Assembly: GCA_018606725.1 (NCBI GenBank)
Contig: JAGYID010000031.1
Span: forward strand, 1 to 62,724
DNA length: 62,724 bases
Direction: 5' to 3'
Source: Acidobacteriota bacterium
Lineage (GTDB): Bacteria; Acidobacteriota; Polarisedimenticolia; Gp22-AA2
The notes beneath the pieces were generated by a model. That model ran no database searches. It was not told where the DNA came from and saw nothing but the letters and a program-made list of their open reading frames with translations. Positions 45,985 to 54,803 of the stretch are shown here, piece after piece. The position numbers were made by a program, and so were the translations under genes. Each line of letters begins with the position of its first letter. Positions within the stretch are counted from its first letter, which is position 1.

Positions 45985-48126
45985 TCAGTAGACGACCAGG
46001 CAGGCCGCACCGGGGGCAATCTCGGACCCCCCGGGCGGCTCCTGTCGCGTGACGTGCGGCCCGCCGACCTGGTTGCGACAGGTCAGCCTGGCCGCCGCGA
46101 GCGCCTCGCTCGCCTGTCGCATGCTCAGTCCGGTGAGCTCCGGCATCGTGGCCCGACCCGCCGCCGGCGCCAGGCGCACCGGCGACCCGGCAAGCGAAGC
46201 CCGCAGCACCTCGGCCTCCCGTCCGGCGCCGGCGCCGCGGCGCACCGCGGACACCGCGGTCGGCGGCGTGGCCGGGCGCCGATCGCGGGCAGGCGCGATC
46301 GCGCCCTGGAAGCCGCGCTCCGCCACGACGGCACGATCAAACACCAGCGGTCCCTGCCGGTCGGGTTGCACACCGAGGTACTGCAACGCCGGCAGCGCGA
46401 CGCGCGCGAACACCGGCGCGGCGATGTCGCCGCCGTGGAACTTCGGGCCCTTCGGCTCGTCGATCATGACGACGATCGCCAGGGCCGGCGCGTCCGCCGG
46501 CACGAACCCGGCGAACCAGGACACGTACTTGCCGCGCGCGTACCGGCCGGTGCCGTCGATCTTCTGCGCCGTTCCGGTCTTGCCGCCGACGCTGTAGCCG
46601 GGGAGGGCGGCGGCCTTGGCGGTCCCGTCGACGGTCACCGACTGCAGCGTCTTGCGCAGGACCCGGGCCGTGGCGGCGGAGATCACGCGGCGCGCGTCGT
46701 CCGGGCCCCGCGGGCGCGGCGCCCGGCGGCCGTCGGGGGCGATGGTCGCCTGCACGACGTGCGGCCGGACCCAGACGCCATCGTTGGCCAGGGCGGCCAG
46801 CATGGACGCCAGCTGCATCGGCGTCGTGCCGATCTCCTGCCCCATCGACAGCGACGCCTGCGACAGCCCCGACCACTGCGGCAGGTCGCGCAGCAGGCCG
46901 GTGCTCTCGCCCGGCAGATCGATGCCGGTCTTGCTGCCGAAGCCGAAGCCGCGGATGGTCGCGATGAACTCATCCGGGCGCAATCGCCGGCCGATCTTGA
47001 TGGCGCCGACGTTGCTGGACTTGGCGAGGATGTCGGTGAACGTCAGGTTGCCGTACGACAGGCGATCCTCCTTGTAGAGATGGTTGGCGATTTGAATCGA
47101 GCCGTTCTCGCACCAGATCACCTCGTTCGGGTGCACGCGTCCGCGGTCGAGCGCCGCCGCCGCAGTCACCACCTTGAAGGTCGAGCCCGGCTCGTAGTAG
47201 TCGGTGACCGCCCGATCGCGGCGCGCCGCATCGGCGGCGGCGGCATAGTTGTTCGGGTCGAAGGTCGGGCGGCTCGCCAGCGCCAGCACCTCGCCCGTCT
47301 GCGGCCGCAGGACGACGACGGTCGCCCCGTCGGCGCCGGTCTCCTGCATGGCGGTGTCGAGCTCGCGCTCGGCGGCGTACTGGATTATCTCGTCGATCGT
47401 CAGCGCCAGGCCGTCGCCGACGATCGGGTCGACGCGCGAGCGATCGAAGACCCGCCCGCCCCGCCCGTCGCGCAGCGCCAGGATGCGCCCGGGCGTTCCC
47501 TGAATGGCCTTGTCGTACAGGAATTCCAGCCCATCGAGCCCCTGGTTGTCGACGCCGCAGGCGCCCAGCACGTGCGCCGCGAGCGCGCGTTTCGGGTAAT
47601 AGCGCCGGCTCTCGCGCACGAAGCCGATCCCGTCGAGATGCAGCGCCTCCACCTTGCGGCGCAGCTCGGGGGTGATCTTGCGCTTCAGCCAGGCGAAATG
47701 ACGGTCGCCCTGCAGCCGCTCGCGCAGCTCGGCGGCGCGCATCCCGAGGATCGGCTCGAGCCGGCGGGCCACGGCGCCCGCGTCGTCGATGGCGGTGGGC
47801 TGGGCGAACAGCGAGTCGACATCGAGGCTGACCGCCAGCTCCTTGCCGTTGCGATCGACGATGGCGCCGCGCAGCGGATCGAGCGTGATCGTCTGTTCCT
47901 GCTGCGAGCGGGCCTGCTCCAGGAGTTCCGACGCCTTGAAAATCTGCAGCCAGGCGCAGCGTGCCACCAGCGCCATGAGGCCGACCGCGACCGACAGCGC
48001 CAGCAGGACGACGCGCGCCCGGCGGGCGGCCGTGGTCGGAACCGGGTCGCGGTCCTTCCAGTGCGGCCGGCGGCGCGCCGCCCGCCCGCCGGCGGCCGCG
48101 TCGAAGCCGCGGCGCCTCGTCGTCAT
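45985..48126 (-). CDS. ftsI: class B penicillin-binding protein FtsI/PBP3 with a C-terminal PASTA domain
   Basis: TM anchor and dimerisation domain. Transpeptidase motifs STFK, SSN and KTGT. The last 55 aa match the PASTA pattern (MPELTGLSMRQASEALAAARL...VTRQEPPGGSEIAPG). Confidence 0.92.
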   Translation of the reverse strand: MTTRRRGFDAAAGGRAARRRPHWKDRDPVPTTAARRARVVLLALSVAVGLMALVARCAWLQIFKASELLEQARSQQEQTITLDPLRGAIVDRNGKELAVSLDVDSLFAQPTAIDDAGAVARRLEPILGMRAAELRERLQGDRHFAWLKRKITPELRRKVEALHLDGIGFVRESRRYYPKRALAAHVLGACGVDNQGLDGLEFLYDKAIQGTPGRILALRDGRGGRVFDRSRVDPIVGDGLALTIDEIIQYAAERELDTAMQETGADGATVVVLRPQTGEVLALASRPTFDPNNYAAAADAARRDRAVTDYYEPGSTFKVVTAAAALDRGRVHPNEVIWCENGSIQIANHLYKEDRLSYGNLTFTDILAKSSNVGAIKIGRRLRPDEFIATIRGFGFGSKTGIDLPGESTGLLRDLPQWSGLSQASLSMGQEIGTTPMQLASMLAALANDGVWVRPHVVQATIAPDGRRAPRPRGPDDARRVISAATARVLRKTLQSVTVDGTAKAAALPGYSVGGKTGTAQKIDGTGRYARGKYVSWFAGFVPADAPALAIVVMIDEPKGPKFHGGDIAAPVFARVALPALQYLGVQPDRQGPLVFDRAVVAERGFQGAIAPARDRRPATPPTAVSAVRRGAGAGREAEVLRASLAGSPVRLAPAAGRATMPELTGLSMRQASEALAAARLTCRNQVGGPHVTRQEPPGGSEIAPGAACLVVY

Positions 48127-48635
48127 CGGCGATCCTCCCCGGTCCCGGGTCCCGCCAGCGGCGGGATGCCGCCCGCCACGCCGGCCAGCGCCAGGGGAGC
48201 CGCCGCGCCCGCGGGCGCGTCATCCGGTTCCCCGGCCCCGCGTCCCCCCGGCGCGCCCCGCCGCGCCTGGGCGCCGATCTCGTCGATGCGGCCGTCGATG
48301 ACCCGCACCCGGCGGACGTTCTCGGGCGCCGGGTCGCCGAGACCGAGCTGCTTGCGCGCCACCTTCTCGATCCGATCGGGGGCGAGGAGATAGGAGCGCT
48401 CGAGGGCGAGCTGTTTCTGGCGTTCCGTCTCCGCCTGGCGTGCCTTCTGCAGCGATTCGACCTCGTACGACACGCGGATGAAGTCGACGCGCTGCCAGAC
48501 GTACGCCAGGAGCGGCGCGACGATCACCGCGCCGTAGATCACGAAGCGGCGCAACTCGCGGGCGCGGGCGCGGTCTCTCTCGCGCACCAGGCGGGCGTTC
48601 ATCTGGATTCCGGTTCTGGCCGATCGTCGGTTCAT
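48123..48635 (-). CDS. ftsL: cell division protein FtsL
   Basis: Small bitopic protein with a TM segment (FVIYGAVIVAPLLAYVW) followed by a coiled coil. Sits between rsmH and ftsI with ATGA overlaps on both sides. Confidence 0.75.
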   Translation of the reverse strand: MNRRSARTGIQMNARLVRERDRARARELRRFVIYGAVIVAPLLAYVWQRVDFIRVSYEVESLQKARQAETERQKQLALERSYLLAPDRIEKVARKQLGLGDPAPENVRRVRVIDGRIDEIGAQARRGAPGGRGAGEPDDAPAGAAAPLALAGVAGGIPPLAGPGTGEDRR

Positions 48636-49588
48636 GGGGTCTCCAGCCGTTCGGCGACGCGCAGCCGGGCGCTCCGGCTGCGGGGATTGAAGCGAACCTC
48701 CTGCGGTCCCGGCCGGACCGGCTTCCTGGTCACCAGGCGCACCACGTCCGGACGGCCGCAGCCGCAGACCGGCAGGCGGGGCGGACAGGCGCAGCGGGCG
48801 GCGAGGGCGCGGAAGGCGTTCTTGACGATCCGATCCTCGAGCGAATGGAAGGCGATGACCGCGATCCGGCCGCGCGGCTGCAACCGGGTGGCGACATCGT
48901 CGAGCAGGCGGTCCAGCCCGCTCAGCTCGTCATTGACGGCGATGCGCAGGGCCTGGAACACGCGGGTGGCGGGATGGATCCGCCGCGGGCCGCGGACGGG
49001 CGTCGCCTCCTCGATGATCTCCGCCAGCCGGCGCGTGGTCGGGATCGGGCCCCGCGCCCGGGCCCGCGCGATGGCCGCGGCGAGGCGCCGCGCCTGCCGC
49101 TCTTCGCCATAGCGGGCGAACAGCTCCGCGAGCGCCTCCCGCGGGAGACCGTTGACGAGGTCGGCGGCGGTTCTCGGCTGGGTGCGGTCCATCCTCATGT
49201 CCAGGGGCCCGTCGGCCATGAAGGAGAAGCCGCGCGCCGGGTCGTCGAGCTGCAGGGAGGAGAGACCGAGATCGAGAAGGATGCCCGCCGGCCGCTCGCC
49301 GCCGAGCGCATCGAGGATCCCCGGGAGGCTGCGAAAGTCGGCACGTTGAAGGATTGCCCGCTCGCCGAACGGCGCCAGGCGCGCCCGCGCCCGCTCCAGC
49401 GCGTCGGCGTCGCGATCGAGCCCGAGCAGGAGCCCGCCGGGCGCAGTGGCGCGGAGGATCGCCTCGGCGTGCCCGCCGGCGCCGAGCGTGCCGTCGACCC
49501 AGAGCCCGCCGGGGCGGCAGGCGAGCAACTCGAGGGTCTCGTCAAGGAGAACGGACTGGTGGAATCCCCCCGCCGTCGCGTCGTGGAT
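48632..49588 (-). CDS. rsmH: 16S rRNA (cytosine1402-N4)-methyltransferase RsmH/MraW (apparent ATC start)
   Basis: The conserved N-terminal HQSVLLDETLELL block lies upstream of the first canonical start (TTG 49528). The frame is open back to an ATC at 49588, which has GGAGG 8 nt upstream. SAM motif DGTLGAGGH. Confidence 0.88.
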   Translation of the reverse strand: MHDATAGGFHQSVLLDETLELLACRPGGLWVDGTLGAGGHAEAILRATAPGGLLLGLDRDADALERARARLAPFGERAILQRADFRSLPGILDALGGERPAGILLDLGLSSLQLDDPARGFSFMADGPLDMRMDRTQPRTAADLVNGLPREALAELFARYGEERQARRLAAAIARARARGPIPTTRRLAEIIEEATPVRGPRRIHPATRVFQALRIAVNDELSGLDRLLDDVATRLQPRGRIAVIAFHSLEDRIVKNAFRALAARCACPPRLPVCGCGRPDVVRLVTRKPVRPGPQEVRFNPRSRSARLRVAERLETP

Positions 49589-49601
49589 CGCACGGCCCTC
49601 C

Positions 49602-50042
49602 TCAGATGCCGAGCGAAGCGAGGATCTGCTGATCCCCCTCCGTCACCGGCCCTGTCTTCAGGATCGACTCGAACTTGTCCCGGTTCCAGATGTCGAGCCA
49701 GTTCTGGTTGCCCAGGACCGCCACCTCGCCGACGGCGCCGCTCCGTTCGCGCAGCAGCGGGTGAATCAGGATCCGCCCCTGGTCGTCCATCGCGGCTTCC
49801 TGGCCGTAGTAGTTGATGTGGTTGAGGAAGCGCGTGATGGTGGGATTCATCGACGGGAGGGCGCTGAGCTTCTTCTCGATGCCGACCCACACGGGCATCG
49901 GATAGACGCGCACGTTGTCACCGCTGATGGAGGTGACGAAGCACTCGCGCCCGAATTTCTCTTCGATGTAGCGCCGGAACTGGGTGGGGATCTTCAGTCG
50001 ACCCTTGCTGTCGACTTTCGCCGGTGCGTTTCCTCTGAGCAT
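49602..50042 (-). CDS. mraZ: transcriptional regulator MraZ
   Basis: Two SpoVT/AbrB-like halves containing DSKGRLKIP and DDQGRILIH. I prefer the ATG at 50042 (MLRGN...). Confidence 0.93.
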   Translation of the reverse strand: MLRGNAPAKVDSKGRLKIPTQFRRYIEEKFGRECFVTSISGDNVRVYPMPVWVGIEKKLSALPSMNPTITRFLNHINYYGQEAAMDDQGRILIHPLLRERSGAVGEVAVLGNQNWLDIWNRDKFESILKTGPVTEGDQQILASLGI

Positions 50043-50135
50043 TCGCTCCTCGGCGAGGCGCGCCAATGGAAAACATCGGTCGCGTCCGATCCCAGCGGTT
50101 CAGTCGGTTGGTCCGGTCGAAGGCTTTTCAGGTTC

Positions 50136-50165
50136 AGTGGACCACTTCGGTCCACTTCGCTCCAC
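50136..50165 (-). promoter_or_regulatory. three 10-bp-phased direct repeats GTGGAGCGAA / GTGGACCGAA / GTGGTCCACT (candidate MraZ operator)
   Basis: Contiguous repeats on the minus strand immediately downstream of the -10 element. MraZ is known to bind a series of GTGG-type direct repeats at the dcw promoter. Confidence 0.6.
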
Positions 50166-50173
50166 CGCCGCGA

Positions 50174-50202
50174 AATATAGAGAGGCACCGATGGGATGTC
50201 AA
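50174..50202 (-). promoter_or_regulatory. dcw cluster promoter (Pmra-like)
   Basis: Minus strand carries TTGACA (50202-50197), a 17-nt spacer and TATATT (50179-50174). Lies about 130 nt upstream of the mraZ ATG. Confidence 0.6.
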
Positions 50203-50344
50203 GCAAAAAGTGTAGTGTCTCGAATCAGATAGGCGGTGGAGGCTGCCTCAACAACATGTCGTGAGCGGAGCTTCACGACCCCCAACATGCTGTGGGAAAT
50301 TCATCCCGGAGCATCAAACCGTGTGATAGGATGCCGGCGCGTTC

Positions 50345-50911
50345 ATGGTCCGCCGCCCGATCGTTCACGCGATCGCTCTCATCCTGGTGCTCACGGGCGC
50401 CTCGGTCCTGTGCGCGCCGGGGGCATCGGCGGCGGTCCAGCCCGGCGATCTGACCTTCTCGATCGGCTTCGGTGAGGCGGGCACCCCGAACGACAACTCC
50501 TACTCGTCGTCCGAGACGCTCAACATCGCGGTCCAGTTCCACAAGACCAAGTCCTCGTCCTTCCGCGGCAGCGCCGGCTTCATGATCCTCGACGGCCGCG
50601 AGGAAATTTCGCCTGCGGCCGGGACGCGCGATGCCGACATCCTGTTCGTGGACGGCAACTACATCTACACCTTCCCGTTCGCCGTCGTCCGGCCCTACCT
50701 GACGGCCGGCATCGGGTTGTACAGCGTCCGGCTGATCGACAACCTCGACACCCCGCAGAGCCTCGAGTTCGGGGCGAACTGGGGGATCGGGCTCGGGATT
50801 CAGCTCAGCAAGAATTTCGAGTGCGGTGGCGAGATCCTGTACAGCTACATCACCGGCGAGGTCAGCAGCCCGGTCCGGACCATCACCGTCGGGATCAGCC
50901 TGCACTTTTGA
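50345..50911 (+). CDS. small outer-membrane beta-barrel protein (8-stranded OmpW/OmpA-barrel-like)
   Basis: Signal peptide (AIALILVLTGASVLCAPGASA). Alternating hydrophobic beta pattern. C-terminal ...VGISLHF. Confidence 0.75.
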   Translation: MVRRPIVHAIALILVLTGASVLCAPGASAAVQPGDLTFSIGFGEAGTPNDNSYSSSETLNIAVQFHKTKSSSFRGSAGFMILDGREEISPAAGTRDADILFVDGNYIYTFPFAVVRPYLTAGIGLYSVRLIDNLDTPQSLEFGANWGIGLGIQLSKNFECGGEILYSYITGEVSSPVRTITVGISLHF

Positions 50912-50949
50912 TTGCCCGATCCCGCCCCTCGCCGTAGACTTACCGGCTG

Positions 50950-53256
50950 ATGACCCAGCCACGACGACGCTCCGCCCGGGCCAACGCGCTGCTGCTCGGG
51001 ATCACCGCGCTGGTGTCCCTGGTGATGCCGCCGGCCGTCGCCGCCGGCGCGGCGGCCGATGCGCGAGCGACCTCCGGGCCCGCGAGCATCGACCCGGCGC
51101 TCCGGCGCGCCGTCGAGGCGGCGCGCCGCGGCGCTCCATTGCCGCCGATCGCGCCCGCCGATCGCGCCGCACGCGACCCCGGGCTGCGCGTCAAGGCCGG
51201 GCTCGTCGACGGTGCGTCGTGGAGCCGGCTGCGGCCGGCGCTCCAGGATCTCGGCATCGAATTGCGGGGCAGGGTCGGCTCGATCGCCGCGCTGCGCGTG
51301 CCGGCGAGTGCTTTCGATCAGCTCGCGGCGCTTCCGGGCGTGCGCTGGATCCGTGCGGCGCGAACCTACCATCTCACGAATGACGTCAGCACCGGCGCCG
51401 CCTACGATGCGTCGGACGCCGCCAATTCGACCTTCGGCACGAAGGGCGCCGGCGTCATCGTGGCGATCATCGACACCGGCATCAACTGGCGGGACAACGA
51501 CTTCCGGAACCCGGACGGGACCACCCGCATGCTGGGCATCTGGGATCAGACGATCGTCGATCCGTTGCACGGACCACCAGCCGGATTCTCGTTCGGAGCC
51601 TTCTACAGCAGGGCGGACATCAACGCGGGGATCGCCGGCATACAGACCATCCTGACCGGCGACGGGCACGGGCACGGCTCGCACGTGGCCGGCACCGCCG
51701 CCGGCAACGGCCGCACCACCGGTCTGGGGATCGCCGCCGGCACCTTCGCCGGCGTCGCCCCGGAGGCCGATCTCCTGGTGGTACGGGTGTTCGACGATCA
51801 GGGCAGCTACTGCCTCGACTGCGATCTGACGGCGGCGATGCAGTTCATCCGACAGACCGCGGCGGCGGCGGGCAAGCCGTGGGTCGCCAACATGAGCCTG
51901 GGCACCGATCTCGGCTCCCACGACGGCACCGACCCGGACGAGCTGACCATCGATCAGTTCGCCGGCCCGGGGCGGAGCGGCGCGCAGGTGGCGGTGGCGG
52001 CCGGCAACTCGAACACCCGCGCCATGCACTGGTCCGGATCGATCGCCACGCCGGGGACCGTCCTGACCACCCAGTTCAACCCGACCCACAACACGCTCTC
52101 CGGCGCCGAGAACGAGTTTCTGTGGATGGATCTCTGGTACGACGGCGGCGACAGCGCGACCGTCGAGATCGTCACGCCGGGCGGCACCGTGGTGAGCGCC
52201 GCGCTCGGGGCCGATTCCGGCATCCGCTGCACCGCCGACGGCGCCGTCCAGATCGACGCCACCAACGTGCTCGACCCGTTGAACGGCGCCAACGAGGTGT
52301 TCATCCAGCTCTGGGACAGCAGCGCCTGCAGTCCCGTCGTCGGGCCGCGGGCGGGAACCTGGACGCTGCGCGTGCGGGCGGTGAGCGCCGGGTCGGCGGG
52401 CCCGCACGTCTTCGACGTCTGGAACGAGGCCGATCTCAACGGCGTCGCCTTCGTCACCTTCAGCCCGGCGACCGCCGGCCTGACCGCCGGCATCCCCGGG
52501 ACGACGCGCTACGGCCTGACCGCCGGCTCGTACGTCAGCAAGTGCCAGTGGGTGAACTCGGGCGGCACCGTTTCGAGCGGTTGCGCGACGTCGACGGTCG
52601 GCGGCATCGTCGCCTCGTCGGGGGCGGGTCCGACCCGCGACGGCCGCATCAAGCCCGACGTCGCCGCGCCGGGGCAGTTCATCGGCTCCACCTACACCGG
52701 CCTCATCCGCTCGACGGGGAACCCGCTGCAGCTCGAACGCGACGGGCAGCACGGCAACATCAGCGGCACCAGCATGGCGACCCCGCACCTCACCGGCACC
52801 GCGGCCCTGCTGCTGGCCCTGAAGCCGGGTCTCCTCGGCACCGACATCAAGGCGGCGATGCAGGCATCGGCGCGCGCCGACAGCTTCACGGGTACTGTGC
52901 CGAACAACCGCTTCGGCGCCGGCAAGCTGCGCACGCTCGAGGCCGCCTACCAGGCCGCATCGTTGGTGATCGACCTCGCCGCCACCTCGTCCGGCGGCTT
53001 CACCGGTGCCGACAATCCGCTGATGGACGGCTACGACGTGTACCGCGGCACCATCCCCGGGATCGCGCCGGGCAACGACGGCTCCTGCTTTCTCACCGGC
53101 GTGCCGTCGCCGTCCTTTTCCGATCCGCAGTCCCCCGCCGCCGGCCAGGCGTTCTTCTACCTGGTCGCGGGCGCCAACCGCGGACTCGGCATCAGGGGGA
53201 TCCTCGGCACCGACAGCGCCGGCCGCCTCCGCGTGCCGGCGGTTCCCTGCCCGTAG
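50950..53256 (+). CDS. secreted subtilisin-like serine peptidase (S8)
   Basis: Signal peptide. Catalytic triad blocks VAIIDTGIN, HGHGSHVAG and GTSMATPHLTG. Extra C-terminal module of about 75 aa. Confidence 0.88.
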   Translation: MTQPRRRSARANALLLGITALVSLVMPPAVAAGAAADARATSGPASIDPALRRAVEAARRGAPLPPIAPADRAARDPGLRVKAGLVDGASWSRLRPALQDLGIELRGRVGSIAALRVPASAFDQLAALPGVRWIRAARTYHLTNDVSTGAAYDASDAANSTFGTKGAGVIVAIIDTGINWRDNDFRNPDGTTRMLGIWDQTIVDPLHGPPAGFSFGAFYSRADINAGIAGIQTILTGDGHGHGSHVAGTAAGNGRTTGLGIAAGTFAGVAPEADLLVVRVFDDQGSYCLDCDLTAAMQFIRQTAAAAGKPWVANMSLGTDLGSHDGTDPDELTIDQFAGPGRSGAQVAVAAGNSNTRAMHWSGSIATPGTVLTTQFNPTHNTLSGAENEFLWMDLWYDGGDSATVEIVTPGGTVVSAALGADSGIRCTADGAVQIDATNVLDPLNGANEVFIQLWDSSACSPVVGPRAGTWTLRVRAVSAGSAGPHVFDVWNEADLNGVAFVTFSPATAGLTAGIPGTTRYGLTAGSYVSKCQWVNSGGTVSSGCATSTVGGIVASSGAGPTRDGRIKPDVAAPGQFIGSTYTGLIRSTGNPLQLERDGQHGNISGTSMATPHLTGTAALLLALKPGLLGTDIKAAMQASARADSFTGTVPNNRFGAGKLRTLEAAYQAASLVIDLAATSSGGFTGADNPLMDGYDVYRGTIPGIAPGNDGSCFLTGVPSPSFSDPQSPAAGQAFFYLVAGANRGLGIRGILGTDSAGRLRVPAVPCP

Positions 53257-53327
53257 CGACCCCCGACCCCGCGGTCCTCGTGTAGCATGTCGGCATCGTC
53301 GGTGTGTGCCGACCTCGATGAGGCGTC

Positions 53328-54803
53328 ATGACGAGTGAACCCCAGAGCGCGCATCCCGGGGATCGGGCCGCGCTGCTGCGCGTCCTCGGGCTGTGGGACT
53401 CGACCCTCCTGGTCATTGGTTTCGTCCTCGGATCGGCGGTCTTCATGGTGACCGGCGGCCCGGAAGGGGTCGCCCGCCTCGTCCCGTCGCCCGGCTGGCT
53501 CCTCGCCGCCTGGATCGTCGGCGGCATCTTCTCGTTCGCGGGCGCTCTTGTTTTCGCCGAGCTCGGCGCAGCGCTGCCGCACGCCGGCGGTCAATATGTC
53601 TTCATCCGCGAGGCGTACGGCGACTTCACCGGCTTTCTGTACGGCTGGACCCTGTTCGCGGTCATCCATACCGGCACCCTCGCCGCGCTCGCCGCCGGCT
53701 ACGCCGAGTACTTCGGGTCCTTCGTGCCGGCCCTCGGGAACGGCGTGGTCGTCGCGACGCTGCCGCTTCCCGGCGGAACGGTGGCGATCTCCGCCGGCCA
53801 GCTCAACGCCGTCTTCGTCATCGTCCTCCTGTCGGTCATCAACTACTTCGGCGTCAAGGAGGGAAGCGTCTTCCAGGGGATCATCACGGTCATCAAGATC
53901 GCCTCGTTCGCCGGCTTCGCGATCCTCGGGGTCGTCATCGGGCGCGGCGCCCTGGCCCACTTCGTACCGCTGTTTGCGACGGCCGGCGGCGGTGCGGGCG
54001 CGGAGGCAGCGCTGTCCGGCGCCGCCAATGCGACGACCGGCGCGCCGGCCGTGACGATTGGCGGTTTCATCCTGGCGATGGTGGCGATGCTGTGGGCCTA
54101 CGAGGGCTGGAACAACATCACCTTCACCGCCGGCGAGATCAGGGATCCGCAGCGCAATCTGCCGCTGTCGCTGATCCTCGGCATGACGGCGATCACGTTC
54201 ATCTACGTGGTCATGAACCTCCTGTACCTGTACGCCATGCCGATCGGCGACATGATCGCCACACCGCGCATCGGCGAGGCGGCCGCCGGCGTCCTGTTCG
54301 GGCCGCTCGGCGCGCGGCTGATGGCGCTGGCGGTGCTCGTCTCGGTGTTCGGCTGCATCTCGGCGACGATCATCTCCGGCCCGCGGGTGTTCTACGCCAT
54401 GGCGAAGGACGACCTGTTCTTCCGCCGCATCGCCGACGTCCACCCGCGCTTCCACACCCCGTCGAAGGCGATCTTCTGGCAATGCGTCTGGTCGGCCGTC
54501 CTCTGCCTGTCGGGGCGCTACGATCAGCTCTACACGTTCGTCATCTTCGCGGCCGTGCTGTTCTATGCGCTCGCCGGCGCGTCGGTGATCATCCTGCGCC
54601 GCCGCCACCCGGAATGGCCGCGCCCCTATCGCACCTGGGGCTATCCGTGGACGCCGCTGGTCTACGTCGCCCTGTGCGTCATCGTGCTCGGCAAGACGCT
54701 GGTGGACAAGCCGGTCGAATCGGGCTGGGGCCTGGCGATCCTGTTCAGCGGCGTGCCGGCATACCTGTACTGGAAGCGGCGGAAAGGCAGGGTCAGCCTA
54801 TGA
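53328..54803 (+). CDS. APC-superfamily amino acid permease
   Basis: 491 aa with 12 TM. Carries the block GGQYVFIREAYG, typical of APC/LAT-type transporters. Confidence 0.9.
   Translation: MTSEPQSAHPGDRAALLRVLGLWDSTLLVIGFVLGSAVFMVTGGPEGVARLVPSPGWLLAAWIVGGIFSFAGALVFAELGAALPHAGGQYVFIREAYGDFTGFLYGWTLFAVIHTGTLAALAAGYAEYFGSFVPALGNGVVVATLPLPGGTVAISAGQLNAVFVIVLLSVINYFGVKEGSVFQGIITVIKIASFAGFAILGVVIGRGALAHFVPLFATAGGGAGAEAALSGAANATTGAPAVTIGGFILAMVAMLWAYEGWNNITFTAGEIRDPQRNLPLSLILGMTAITFIYVVMNLLYLYAMPIGDMIATPRIGEAAAGVLFGPLGARLMALAVLVSVFGCISATIISGPRVFYAMAKDDLFFRRIADVHPRFHTPSKAIFWQCVWSAVLCLSGRYDQLYTFVIFAAVLFYALAGASVIILRRRHPEWPRPYRTWGYPWTPLVYVALCVIVLGKTLVDKPVESGWGLAILFSGVPAYLYWKRRKGRVSL

Noticed and set aside
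49591-49593. GTG just after the SD upstream of rsmH, considered as the real start.
   Set aside because: It is out of frame with the RsmH reading frame (it gives VRSTTRRRGDS...) and lies only 2-3 nt from the SD.
53393-54799. First 470 aa of the 1236-aa ORF 53393-57103.
   Set aside because: This part is an alternative frame of the APC permease gene with an Arg/Pro-rich junk translation. The real M28 peptidase begins at the ATG at 54800, which has a TM anchor.
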